Positions 36,565 to 44,958 of a stretch of DNA of 64,000 nt are shown here, one piece after another; positions within the stretch are counted from its first letter, which is position 1; each line of letters begins with the position of its first letter. The translations under genes and the position numbers were made by a program. The notes below the pieces were generated by a model. The model was not told the origin of the DNA. It made no database searches and worked only from the letters and a program-made list of their open reading frames with translations. This DNA comes from an uncultured Victivallales bacterium (GTDB lineage Bacteria; Verrucomicrobiota; Kiritimatiellia; UBA8416; CAZASC01): the NCBI GenBank assembly GCA_964487695.1, contig CAZASC010000003.1, positions 19,306 through 83,305 on the forward strand, written 5' to 3'.

Positions 36565-39237
36565 ATGTACAAAAAAATGCTAAGCAAAGTGATGTTGAAG
36601 TTTGTTGCCGCGATCGGCGTTTGCGCTGTCACGCTGGCGACGGTTCAGGCAGCCGGTGTTCCGTTTGCCCAGATTGTTTCTCATCCGCTTACGCCGTCAG
36701 GCATTAAGGCTGCCGGTCTATCCGCAAGCACACAAAAATCTTCCGGGCTGCTTTCGACTGGCTTGGGCACGCCGGTTTACCTTGAAGTCCAGGTGACAAA
36801 CATAGTAGTCACACAAGTGGTGTGGAGGCTGCAAATTCCCACCAACGATAGTCGCCCCTCGCTGGCCGTATTGCAGGACAGTCCTCTTAACAACTTGCTA
36901 CGAGCTCCAATCTACGATGTCGGAGAAAGAAATACCTATTTTGTGCCCACAAACCAGTACGCCGGCGCCTCGATTGTTTATTCTTACACATATACCAACA
37001 GCCCTGGCGGCAATAAGACGAATAGCGTAACGGTAGCCCTTACCAATGTGACCACAGGTGGATCGGTCACCTATTCCAATATTTTGGGTGGAGCCACCAC
37101 GAATACGACGACGGTAACCGTCACTAATAACGTGTACTTGTTGCAGGGCAGGACGGCCCTGTCGCCTGACGTCGTTGGCGAGTATATTGTCGCAGCCAAT
37201 GTGTACGGAAAGACCGGTGCGGTGTCGGTATTGGTTTCGGTCACCAATAAGATCACAGCCGCAGAGTACATCGGTGTGGAAGATAGCGGTTGCGCGTTCT
37301 GCCACAGCGGAAAGCCATTCACTACCAACGACAATTATGGCGCTTGGTTTGTGACATATCACGCAGATGCTTTCGAACGGAAAATAGATGGCGGCCCCGC
37401 ATTTGACGGGACGTTACTGGGCGCCGGCTTCAAGTCGTCTTGCTACAGTTGCCACACGACGGGTTATGATGCAAATTCCAATGCGCTCAACAATGGCGGC
37501 TTCTACGACGAAATGACCAATGCCGCGCTCCTGCCGCCAAACTCCGTCAATTACTGGATTCCGCCCACTTCCGGCCCTGGCCAATGGGAAAACATGCCGG
37601 TTGCTCTGCAGGACAAGGCCAACATCCAATGTGAAGACTGTCACGGTCCCGCAGGCGAGCACTTCGGAGATACCAACAAGATTTCCATCAGTCTTAGCGC
37701 TGGAGTTTGCGCTTCGTGCCACGATTCGACTAACGGTCATGTAACCGCTTTTGAGTGGAGCCAATCTATGCATGGCTCCGGTTCGGCCTCATACAAAACC
37801 AACAACGTATCCGCCAATCCTCTGACATTTACCTGGTGCAGCCGCTGCCATAGCACGGCAGGTTTCATAGATGCTTTCAAGACCAATGGGATAACGCGAA
37901 CGACCGGACTCGAGGGCATTACCTGCGCCGCGTGCCATGATCCGCATCCCACGGGAACAGAAACGAACGAGCATCTGCTGCGAACCCTTGCTGATATCAA
38001 AATTGGCCCCGAGAATGGGCCAGTAGTGGCGACTATTTCCGATGGCGGCGATGGCAAACTCTGCATGCAGTGCCACCGGTCACGGTTCGTTTCCGCCGCA
38101 GTAAACACATCGAATTATCCGGCTTCGTTTGGGCCACATGACAGTCCAATTGCCGATATGCTGGCTGGGGTCAACGGCATCGAGTACGGCGGTTTCACGA
38201 ATCTCTCTTTGCGAAGTCCGCATCTGACTATTCTCAAGGATACATGCATTAACTGTCACATGGAGCAGAGCATAAAGACCAGTACCAATCCGTCCATCAG
38301 CAACTCCTTCATGTATGCTCAGGGGCATACCATGAAGATGGTCACAACCGACGGCGTAGATATTGCCGTGGCTTGCCAGAGTTGCCATGTTGAAACGGGC
38401 GGCACGAACTTCGATTTCGTTGACACAACATTCAACCCACTGACCGATAATCCGAATAATGACTATGATGGCGACGCGGTTCACGGGGTCGTTGTGGAAG
38501 GTGTACAGACTCAGGTCTCCAATCTTCTGTCCAGGCTGGCCGCATTGCTTCCGCCGTTCAGCCACGGCAGCATAGGGGTGAATGCGAATTCCAGTGTTGA
38601 GCAATTGAAGGCCGCTTACAACTATGATTTCGTAAGCGCCGACGGCAGTCATGGTGTTCACAATGCCGGGTATGCTGTGGATCTTCTCAAGGCCTCCATA
38701 GCTGACATGCAGGATTGGGGACAGTACTCGCCCAGAACCAACACCACGCTGAAATTGCCAGTTTTCACATGGCCGGCGGCGGATGGCACTCTTAAATCAG
38801 GGGTCACAAACTACACGTTGCAGATCCTGCTGAACGGAAAGGCGTTCAAGACGCTGGCTCTGAAAGGTGCGCCAACCTGGACTCCTGCCGCGCCTTTGGC
38901 TGCTGGCAACTATCAGTGGCGCGTCGGAACATCGCGGTGGATTTCGTTCAGTCGTCTTGCCGTGGCTCCAGGCCCGATCACCCTGATTTCGCCCAGCGGC
39001 ATATCGACGGGCGGGACGACGCGTGTCTTTACATGGGTGGCCGATCTAAATTCCACCAAATATAACATGGAGATACACACTCCTAATGGGAAAACCAGTA
39101 CTTTCGCGGGAATAACTGGCACAAGCGTTGCAAAGACTATTGCCAAGGGCACAAACACATGGCAGATGCAAGGCATCAACACGGACGGCCTTGGAACTGG
39201 GCCATGGTCAACTAATGTGACTTACATCATTCGCTAG
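36565..39237 (+). CDS. Secreted nonaheme cytochrome c with Thr/Asn-rich beta-sandwich-like N-terminal region and C-terminal Ig-like repeats
   Basis: Trimmed to ATG 36565 (AGGAGA RBS; signal MYKKMLSKVMLKFVAAIGVCAVTLATVQA). Nine CXXCH: CAFCH, CYSCH, CEDCH(GPAGEH), CASCH, CSRCH, CAACH, CMQCH, CINCH, CQSCH. Two C-terminal FTW-containing repeats (PVFTWPAADG..; RVFTWVADLN..). Confidence 0.8.
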   Translation: MYKKMLSKVMLKFVAAIGVCAVTLATVQAAGVPFAQIVSHPLTPSGIKAAGLSASTQKSSGLLSTGLGTPVYLEVQVTNIVVTQVVWRLQIPTNDSRPSLAVLQDSPLNNLLRAPIYDVGERNTYFVPTNQYAGASIVYSYTYTNSPGGNKTNSVTVALTNVTTGGSVTYSNILGGATTNTTTVTVTNNVYLLQGRTALSPDVVGEYIVAANVYGKTGAVSVLVSVTNKITAAEYIGVEDSGCAFCHSGKPFTTNDNYGAWFVTYHADAFERKIDGGPAFDGTLLGAGFKSSCYSCHTTGYDANSNALNNGGFYDEMTNAALLPPNSVNYWIPPTSGPGQWENMPVALQDKANIQCEDCHGPAGEHFGDTNKISISLSAGVCASCHDSTNGHVTAFEWSQSMHGSGSASYKTNNVSANPLTFTWCSRCHSTAGFIDAFKTNGITRTTGLEGITCAACHDPHPTGTETNEHLLRTLADIKIGPENGPVVATISDGGDGKLCMQCHRSRFVSAAVNTSNYPASFGPHDSPIADMLAGVNGIEYGGFTNLSLRSPHLTILKDTCINCHMEQSIKTSTNPSISNSFMYAQGHTMKMVTTDGVDIAVACQSCHVETGGTNFDFVDTTFNPLTDNPNNDYDGDAVHGVVVEGVQTQVSNLLSRLAALLPPFSHGSIGVNANSSVEQLKAAYNYDFVSADGSHGVHNAGYAVDLLKASIADMQDWGQYSPRTNTTLKLPVFTWPAADGTLKSGVTNYTLQILLNGKAFKTLALKGAPTWTPAAPLAAGNYQWRVGTSRWISFSRLAVAPGPITLISPSGISTGGTTRVFTWVADLNSTKYNMEIHTPNGKTSTFAGITGTSVAKTIAKGTNTWQMQGINTDGLGTGPWSTNVTYIIR

Positions 39238-39310
39238 AACAGGATTGATAAATCTATGGCTGCTACCGCCCGCCGGTTTGCCGGCGGGCGGCTGGCTTTT
39301 GGAGAAGGAG

Positions 39311-40057
39311 ATGAAAGGTATGAAATCGTGGATTGTCGCCGGATCAACGTTGGCGCTGGCAGTTTTCTTTATTACAGGTTGTCATCAGTCGGAGTCGGTC
39401 AAGCAATCGTCTTCAAGTTCAAGCGCCGTTTGTCCCGTTGCATCGACGATGAAGGAAGGCCCGTCATCCGGAGCTGTTTGTCCAGCAGCCGCTTCGAGCG
39501 CAGAGAAAGAGTCGGCTTCATGCAGCATGTGTCCGGCTTCAGCTAAAGGAAGCAGCGCCACATCCTCCAACACATGTTCTATGTGTCCTTCTTCAGGCCA
39601 GGGGAATAGCTCCAAGCCGACCAATGCTATCGCCGTTTGTCCAGCTTCCATGCAAGCAAACGGCGTCATGTCCACCAATTACCCAGCCGGGTACGGCATG
39701 CACGGATCGAAACCGGCGGCTATGGGTGCGCAGAGCCAGCCGTCTTTTGACGTCAAGGTTCCTCCTGTCGAAGGAGGCGTGACCATTGCGGCTCTTGTGG
39801 AACAGCGGGAGAAACTGGTCGGCACGGAGGTGAAACTTCGCGGCAAAGTAACCAAATACACCGCCAACATCATGAACGCCAATTGGCTTCACATCATGGA
39901 TGGTTCTGACAAGCGAGACCTTGTGGTTACCACAAAAGAGAGTCTCAAGGTGGGTGATACCGTCGTGGTCAAGGGACGCCTTGAACGTGATGTCGATATC
40001 GGCGCCGGGTATTCATACGACCTCATCATCCGCGGAGCGGATGTAACGGTAGAATAG
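39311..40057 (+). CDS. Lipoprotein with periodic Cys-Pro / CSMCP motifs and OB-fold-like C-terminal domain
   Basis: Trimmed to ATG 39311 (GGAG RBS; lipobox FFITGC). A Ser/Ala-rich region carries AVCP, AVCP, CSMCP, CSMCP and AVCP at ~17-aa spacing. The C-terminal ~110 aa (..NWLHIMDGSDKRDLVVTT..VGDTVVVKGRLERDVDIGAGYSYDLII..) resemble an uncharacterised OB-like family. Confidence 0.55.
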   Translation: MKGMKSWIVAGSTLALAVFFITGCHQSESVKQSSSSSSAVCPVASTMKEGPSSGAVCPAAASSAEKESASCSMCPASAKGSSATSSNTCSMCPSSGQGNSSKPTNAIAVCPASMQANGVMSTNYPAGYGMHGSKPAAMGAQSQPSFDVKVPPVEGGVTIAALVEQREKLVGTEVKLRGKVTKYTANIMNANWLHIMDGSDKRDLVVTTKESLKVGDTVVVKGRLERDVDIGAGYSYDLIIRGADVTVE

Positions 40058-40064
40058 CAGTCTC

Positions 40065-40086
40065 GGTTTCTGACATGCCAGAAACC
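40065..40086 (+). terminator. Weak candidate terminator hairpin after the lipoprotein gene
   Basis: GGTTTCTG-acatgc-CAGAAACC forms an 8-bp stem 8 nt after the stop. The trailing sequence is only moderately T-rich. Confidence 0.3.
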
Positions 40087-40181
40087 ATGTCCTGCGGCTT
40101 TCGTTTCTTCAATTCTGTTGCCAATCATCCGGCGCTGCGGCACAATATCAGTAAGTACCAAGGCATATCGGAGGGAATGGC

Positions 40182-41372
40182 ATGATCGGAATTTCGAAAC
40201 TTTATTGCGGCACGGTTGAACCGTCCGACCCGTTGCGTTATGGGCGGCAATCCAAAGACCTGCCTTCGCATCTCCTGCAATTTTCCGTCGACAAGAAACC
40301 TGTGGTTGTCTGGAATGTTGGCCGCCGCTGTAACCTGCGTTGTGTGCACTGCTACTCGCAATCCCGAAACGAGGATTATTCCGGAGAACTTTCCCACAAG
40401 GAAGGCATAAGGTTGATAGACGATCTTGCCGGCTTCGGTTGCCCGGTGCTCCTCTTTTCCGGCGGTGAACCTTTGATGCGTCCTGACATCTTCGAGCTCA
40501 TCGAGCACGCTTCAACAAGAAAGATGCGCGCGGTAATCTCTACCAACGGAACGCTGATCACAAAGGAAGTTGCTAAGCAAGTCAAGGCTGCCGGACTTTC
40601 GTATGTAGGCATAAGTATGGACGGTCTGAAAGAAACGAACGACTTATTCCGCGGCGTTGAAGGCGCATTCGAAGATGCTTTGGCCGGAGTGCGAAACTGT
40701 CTGGAGATGGGCGTCAAGGTGGGGCTTCGTTTTACCATGACACGCGGCAATTTTCACGACGTGGGCGGAATTCTGGATCTGATCGAACGCGAAGGCATTC
40801 CCCGTGTTTGTTTCTATCACCTCGTCTATGCAGGCCGGGGCAGCAAGCTCGTGACTTCCAGCCGGATGTCCCATGAAGAGACGCGCGCAACAGTGGATCT
40901 GATAATGAATCGCACAAAGGAACTCCACGATCGCGGGAAGCACGTCGAAGTCCTCACCGTAGACAATCATACGGACGGTCCTTATCTCTATCAGCGCCTG
41001 TTGCGCGAGAATCCGGACAAGGCCGAGGCTGTGCTGACGCTCCTTCGTATGAACGGCGGAAACAGCAGCGGGCTCGGCATCGGCTGCGTAAGCTGGGATG
41101 GTTCAGTCCATCCCGATCAGTTCTGGCGACACTACACTGCGGGCAACGTCAGGCAGAAGCCGTTTAGTGAAATCTGGGGCAATCCTACGGATGAGCTCCT
41201 GCCGAAATTGCGGACACGCAAGCAGTACATCGAGGGGCGTTGCGCCAAATGCAAATGGCTGGACATTTGCAACGGCAATTTCCGCGTTCGTGCCGAAGCG
41301 ATCACAGGGAACGTCTGGGCGGAGGAACCCGATTGTTATTTGTCCGACCGCGAAATTGGACTGGAGAGCTGA
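40182..41372 (+). CDS. ahbC: Radical SAM/SPASM enzyme, NirJ1/AhbC-like (Fe-coproporphyrin III synthase candidate)
   Basis: Radical SAM motif CNLRCVHCY. The N-terminus ..KLYCGTVEPSDPLRYG.. is typical of NirJ-type proteins, and there is a C-terminal SPASM-like Cys cluster (CAKCKWLDICNG). Which of the paired genes is ahbC and which ahbD is inferred from order only. Confidence 0.65.
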   Translation: MIGISKLYCGTVEPSDPLRYGRQSKDLPSHLLQFSVDKKPVVVWNVGRRCNLRCVHCYSQSRNEDYSGELSHKEGIRLIDDLAGFGCPVLLFSGGEPLMRPDIFELIEHASTRKMRAVISTNGTLITKEVAKQVKAAGLSYVGISMDGLKETNDLFRGVEGAFEDALAGVRNCLEMGVKVGLRFTMTRGNFHDVGGILDLIEREGIPRVCFYHLVYAGRGSKLVTSSRMSHEETRATVDLIMNRTKELHDRGKHVEVLTVDNHTDGPYLYQRLLRENPDKAEAVLTLLRMNGGNSSGLGIGCVSWDGSVHPDQFWRHYTAGNVRQKPFSEIWGNPTDELLPKLRTRKQYIEGRCAKCKWLDICNGNFRVRAEAITGNVWAEEPDCYLSDREIGLES

Positions 41373-41373
41373 T

Positions 41374-42471
41374 ATGCACCCCCACGCACCGCACGGCTCC
41401 GCTGCGACTGGCAACGAGCTGCGTCTCGTTTTCTGGGAACTCACTGCGCGCTGTAATCTAACATGCAAGCACTGCCGGGCGGAGGCGCAGGATCATTTCG
41501 TCCAAGGCGAACTGAGCACCGAAGAAGTCATGCAGGTTGCCACGGATATTCGCGAGTGTGGCGACCCTATAATGATCCTGACAGGCGGCGAACCGCTGGT
41601 AAGAACCGATATCTACGACATCGCCAAATATTGTTCCGGCATCTTCACGCGGGTCGCCATGGCCACAAACGGCACGCTGATTGACGACAAGGTTGCTAAG
41701 AAGATTGCGGACTGTGGCATCCAGCGGGTGAGCGTTAGTCTGGACGGTGCTACAGCCGCTACGCACGATGCCTTTCGAGGTCTGCCCGGAAGTTTCGATG
41801 CGACTTTGCGCGGGTTCGATGCGCTTCGGCGTGCAGGCGTATCGGTCCAGGTGAATGTAACGGCTTCACGCTACAACCTGGCTGAGATTGAAGACATCCT
41901 CAATCTCGCGCTCGCACGAGGGGCAGATGCGTTTCATGTGTTTGTCCTTGTGCCGGTCGGTTGCGGCGCCGAACTGGATGAAGCCGCGCGATTGACCCCT
42001 GCAGAAATGGAGAAAGTGCTTCGATGGCTCTTTGAGAAGTCGCTCGAACTGCGCGGGCAGGTGCATATCAAGGCGACATGCGCGCCCCAGTATTACAGGA
42101 TCATGCGCGAAATATCCCGAGACAAGGGACTTCAGGTTGAAAGCTCAGGTCACGGCATGCAGGCCATGACTCGCGGCTGTCTCGCAGGTTCGGCGGTATG
42201 CTTCATTTCGCGCATCGGCGATGTTCAACCATGCGGCTATCTTCCAGTACGAGTTGGTAACGTGCTGGAAAAGAAGTTTGGAAACATCTGGAAAGAATCG
42301 GAAGTTTTTCAGGCATTGCGCGACCCCGGCGAGTTGAAAGGCAAATGCCACGCTTGCGGCTATCGGAAACTCTGTGCCGGATGTCGCGCCCGCGCATACG
42401 CCGACACCACTGATTTTCTAGGCGAAGACCCGGATTGTGCCTATGTCCCGGTCACGGAGACAAGCGGATGA
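41374..42471 (+). CDS. ahbD: Radical SAM/SPASM enzyme, NirJ2/AhbD-like (heme b synthase candidate)
   Basis: Trimmed to ATG 41374, 1 nt after the ahbC stop. Radical SAM motif CNLTCKHCR and a C-terminal Cys cluster (CHACGYRKLCAGCRARA). Confidence 0.65.
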   Translation: MHPHAPHGSAATGNELRLVFWELTARCNLTCKHCRAEAQDHFVQGELSTEEVMQVATDIRECGDPIMILTGGEPLVRTDIYDIAKYCSGIFTRVAMATNGTLIDDKVAKKIADCGIQRVSVSLDGATAATHDAFRGLPGSFDATLRGFDALRRAGVSVQVNVTASRYNLAEIEDILNLALARGADAFHVFVLVPVGCGAELDEAARLTPAEMEKVLRWLFEKSLELRGQVHIKATCAPQYYRIMREISRDKGLQVESSGHGMQAMTRGCLAGSAVCFISRIGDVQPCGYLPVRVGNVLEKKFGNIWKESEVFQALRDPGELKGKCHACGYRKLCAGCRARAYADTTDFLGEDPDCAYVPVTETSG

Positions 42472-42638
42472 AAGAACTGGCAGGCAATGACGTAGCGCAG
42501 GCGTCCCCGCCTGCGAGCGCAAGCGCCGTCCCGGCGCGCAAATCCGAAGAACATGGAATGACGCCAAAGGTGCCTGACGGCGGGACGCCATCGAAACTCG
42601 CAGCCGGGACGGCTGCGGTCCGGAAGGTCGGCGTTTGA
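42468..42638 (+). CDS. Possible small (56 aa) low-complexity ORF translationally coupled on both sides
   Basis: Its ATG overlaps the ahbD stop (ATGA), and its stop overlaps the TTG start of the next ORF. The product is Ala/Pro/Ser-rich with no recognisable domain. Confidence 0.25.
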   Translation: MKELAGNDVAQASPPASASAVPARKSEEHGMTPKVPDGGTPSKLAAGTAAVRKVGV

Positions 42639-42970
42639 AGCAGGAATCTAAAGACACAAGGACCCTTCAGGTCATGCTCGGTATTTATTGCCGCGACAAA
42701 CATGAGAGCTCAGAGACGTTGTGTCCGGAATGTCGGGAAGTACTGGATTACGCCGCTGCAAGACTGGCAGAGTGCCCCTTTGGTGAGAAGAAACCAACCT
42801 GTGCACAGTGCACGATCCATTGCTACAAACCTGACATGAGAGAACGCGCAAGGGAGATTATGAAATATTCCGGACCGAGGATGCTGAGAGCCCATCCCGT
42901 GATGGCAGTCAGACATCTGGTTCAGGGCGTCATGCGCAAACCATCCAGAAAAGCAGCTACATCCAAATGA
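42635..42970 (+). CDS. YgbA/nitrous-oxide-stimulated-promoter family Cys-rich protein
   Basis: ..YCRDKHES..LCPECREVLDYAAARLAECPFGEKKPTCAQCTIHCYKPDMRE..MKYSGPRM.. matches my memory of the YgbA_NO family. Start is uncertain: TTG 42635 or ATG 42674. Confidence 0.6.
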   Translation: MKQESKDTRTLQVMLGIYCRDKHESSETLCPECREVLDYAAARLAECPFGEKKPTCAQCTIHCYKPDMRERAREIMKYSGPRMLRAHPVMAVRHLVQGVMRKPSRKAATSK

Positions 42971-43974
42971 AAGAAGCTTCCTCAAATGCCAATCAAGCTT
43001 TGCTTATAGCCTTGCAGCAGGGAATACCGCTTGCTCGTCGCCCGTGGGCGGAGATGGCTGGAACGCTGGGCATGACAGAAGTGGAAGTGCTCCATGCGGC
43101 TCAAAATCTGTTCACCCAAGGCGTGGCGCGACGGTTCGGCGGTGTCTTCGATTCCCGCCATCTCGGCTATGCAAGCACGCTCTGTGCTGTTGATGTGCCC
43201 GCGCACGACATTGAGCGAATTGCAGAGCTGCTACAACCGCATCCTGGTGTAACGCATTGCTATGAAAGGGAAGGGATCCCAAGTTTGTGGTTTACACTTA
43301 CAGCGCAGGCCAACAAACTGGAAGACGAACTCCAAAGGGTCGAGAACACGCTCAAGCCGTACCTGCTGCTCAACCTGCCGGCCATCCGGCGTTTCAAAGT
43401 CGAAGTTGTACTGGACGCGGCCGAAGGCGACGTAGAACCGGTGAGTGACAAAGACGCGCCGGGAACGACGGATGTGGCAACGCCGCCGATATTCTCAGCG
43501 TGTGAGAAATCGCTGGTCCGTAAACTCCAAGGCAACCTGTCCGTGGTTGATGAGCCATTCGCCGTTGTTGCGCAGGACCTGAAATTGGACATTGAAGAAT
43601 TGCTCGAACTTCTGACATCGTGGAAGAAATCCGGGATTCTGCGCAGAATCGGGTTTATCCTTCGACACCGGAAGGCCGGTTTTGTCGCAAACGGCATGTG
43701 CGTATGGCCGGTGGCGGAAGCCGATGTTGTCAGGGCAGGCAAAATTCTGGCGGCAGCTCCAGAAGTTACACATTGTTACGAGCGTCATGCCTCGCCATCG
43801 GTTCCATTCAATCTTTACGCCATGATTCATGCCCGCGAAAAGGAAACTGCCGGAAACATATTCCGCCGCTTGGGTGAGCAGGCCGCACTGAGCAACGGAC
43901 GCATGCTGGTCTCAACACGCGAATTCAAGAAGACGAGCCCGGTTTTCTTTCTCGAAAACGAGCAATCGCAATAG
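42967..43974 (+). CDS. ahbAB: Fused siroheme decarboxylase AhbA-AhbB (NirDL/GH-like, duplicated Lrp/AsnC-type fold)
   Basis: Two homologous halves (..LQQGIPLARRPWAEMA..GVARRFGGVFDSRHLGYASTLCAV.. and ..LQGNLSVVDEPFAVVA..GILRRIGFILRHRKAGFVANGMCVW..). Confidence 0.75.
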   Translation: MKEASSNANQALLIALQQGIPLARRPWAEMAGTLGMTEVEVLHAAQNLFTQGVARRFGGVFDSRHLGYASTLCAVDVPAHDIERIAELLQPHPGVTHCYEREGIPSLWFTLTAQANKLEDELQRVENTLKPYLLLNLPAIRRFKVEVVLDAAEGDVEPVSDKDAPGTTDVATPPIFSACEKSLVRKLQGNLSVVDEPFAVVAQDLKLDIEELLELLTSWKKSGILRRIGFILRHRKAGFVANGMCVWPVAEADVVRAGKILAAAPEVTHCYERHASPSVPFNLYAMIHAREKETAGNIFRRLGEQAALSNGRMLVSTREFKKTSPVFFLENEQSQ

Positions 43975-43985
43975 AAAGTATTGTC

Positions 43986-44813
43986 ATGAAACAAGCAGTC
44001 TTGTTCGCTTTGCCAGGGACAAGTTCGGAGGATGCCGGCAAAACACTCGACCACATTGACGACTTGTTTTGCCGCCGTTTCAGCAGAGTTTCCAAGGGTT
44101 GGGCCTACACGTCGTCGGGTGTCAGGAAGAAACTGGAGCAGAACGGAAGAATCTCGAAAGTTCCTTATGAATCGCTCTCCGAATTGCGAAAGCAAGGGAT
44201 CACACATCTGGCCGTCAAATCTCTTCACTTGGTGTCCGGCGTTGAATATACTGAACTCAAGAAGCTGCTGCAGGAATTCACCGGTACGCCGAATGGATTC
44301 GTGCAGACTATTCTTTCCAAACCACTTCTGGATGCTCCAGGAGACTTCGAGCGCACTGTGCGCTGGCTGCTTGACGAGCTGCCAAAATGTGATGCGCTAC
44401 TGCTCGTGGCCCACGGCAGCAAGCGTCATGAAGCACAATCGGCTTACGAAGCGGCGGCGACTCTCTGTCGCAAGCTTGACCGGCGGGTGATTCTGAGTAC
44501 GCTGATGTCAAATCACGGTCTTGAAGATGTGATCAGGGAATGCAAGACTTCAGGCCTGACGCAACTTGTAATAGCGCCGTTGATGATCGTCGCCGGGCTT
44601 TCCACGCGAAACGAACTGGCAGGCAACGATCCTGCATCATGGGCTTCTGCGTTTGAACGCGAGGGCATACGTTGTGTACCCGTGATCAAGGGATTGGGGG
44701 ATAACGATGATATTGTCCGGATCTGGTTGGATGATGTCGAACGTATGATGCTTGAGTTGTCCCGAGAGACTTTTTCTGGAATAGTTGAGAATGAACCGCA
44801 GATTGACGAATGA
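43986..44813 (+). CDS. cbiK: CbiK-family sirohydrochlorin chelatase-like protein
   Basis: Alignable by eye to CbiK: ALPGTS, YTSSGVRKKL, KSLHLVSGVEY, VAHGS, APLMIVAG, SW, GLGDNDDI. The last 8 codons and the stop lie inside repeat copy B. Confidence 0.7.
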   Translation: MKQAVLFALPGTSSEDAGKTLDHIDDLFCRRFSRVSKGWAYTSSGVRKKLEQNGRISKVPYESLSELRKQGITHLAVKSLHLVSGVEYTELKKLLQEFTGTPNGFVQTILSKPLLDAPGDFERTVRWLLDELPKCDALLLVAHGSKRHEAQSAYEAAATLCRKLDRRVILSTLMSNHGLEDVIRECKTSGLTQLVIAPLMIVAGLSTRNELAGNDPASWASAFEREGIRCVPVIKGLGDNDDIVRIWLDDVERMMLELSRETFSGIVENEPQIDE

Positions 44814-44911
44814 TGAGGTCAAAATGATGAAGCGTAAAGAAGGCAGCAGTCGCTGGGTTGTCTGTAACTTCGATATTTGACATTCATGATTCGGCAATCT
44901 GCGGTTCATTC
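44789..44911. repeat. Palindromic TIR-bearing element, copy B (MITE/REP-like)
   Basis: gaatgaaccgcagattg (44789-44805) is the exact reverse complement of caatctgcggttcattc (44895-44911). The arms extend imperfectly to ~29 nt. The termini match copy A at 4893-5008. Confidence 0.55.
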
Positions 44912-44958
44912 GGGTTGCAGGCAATGCCTGTGTTAATACTTGGAGATTGGACAGTATA

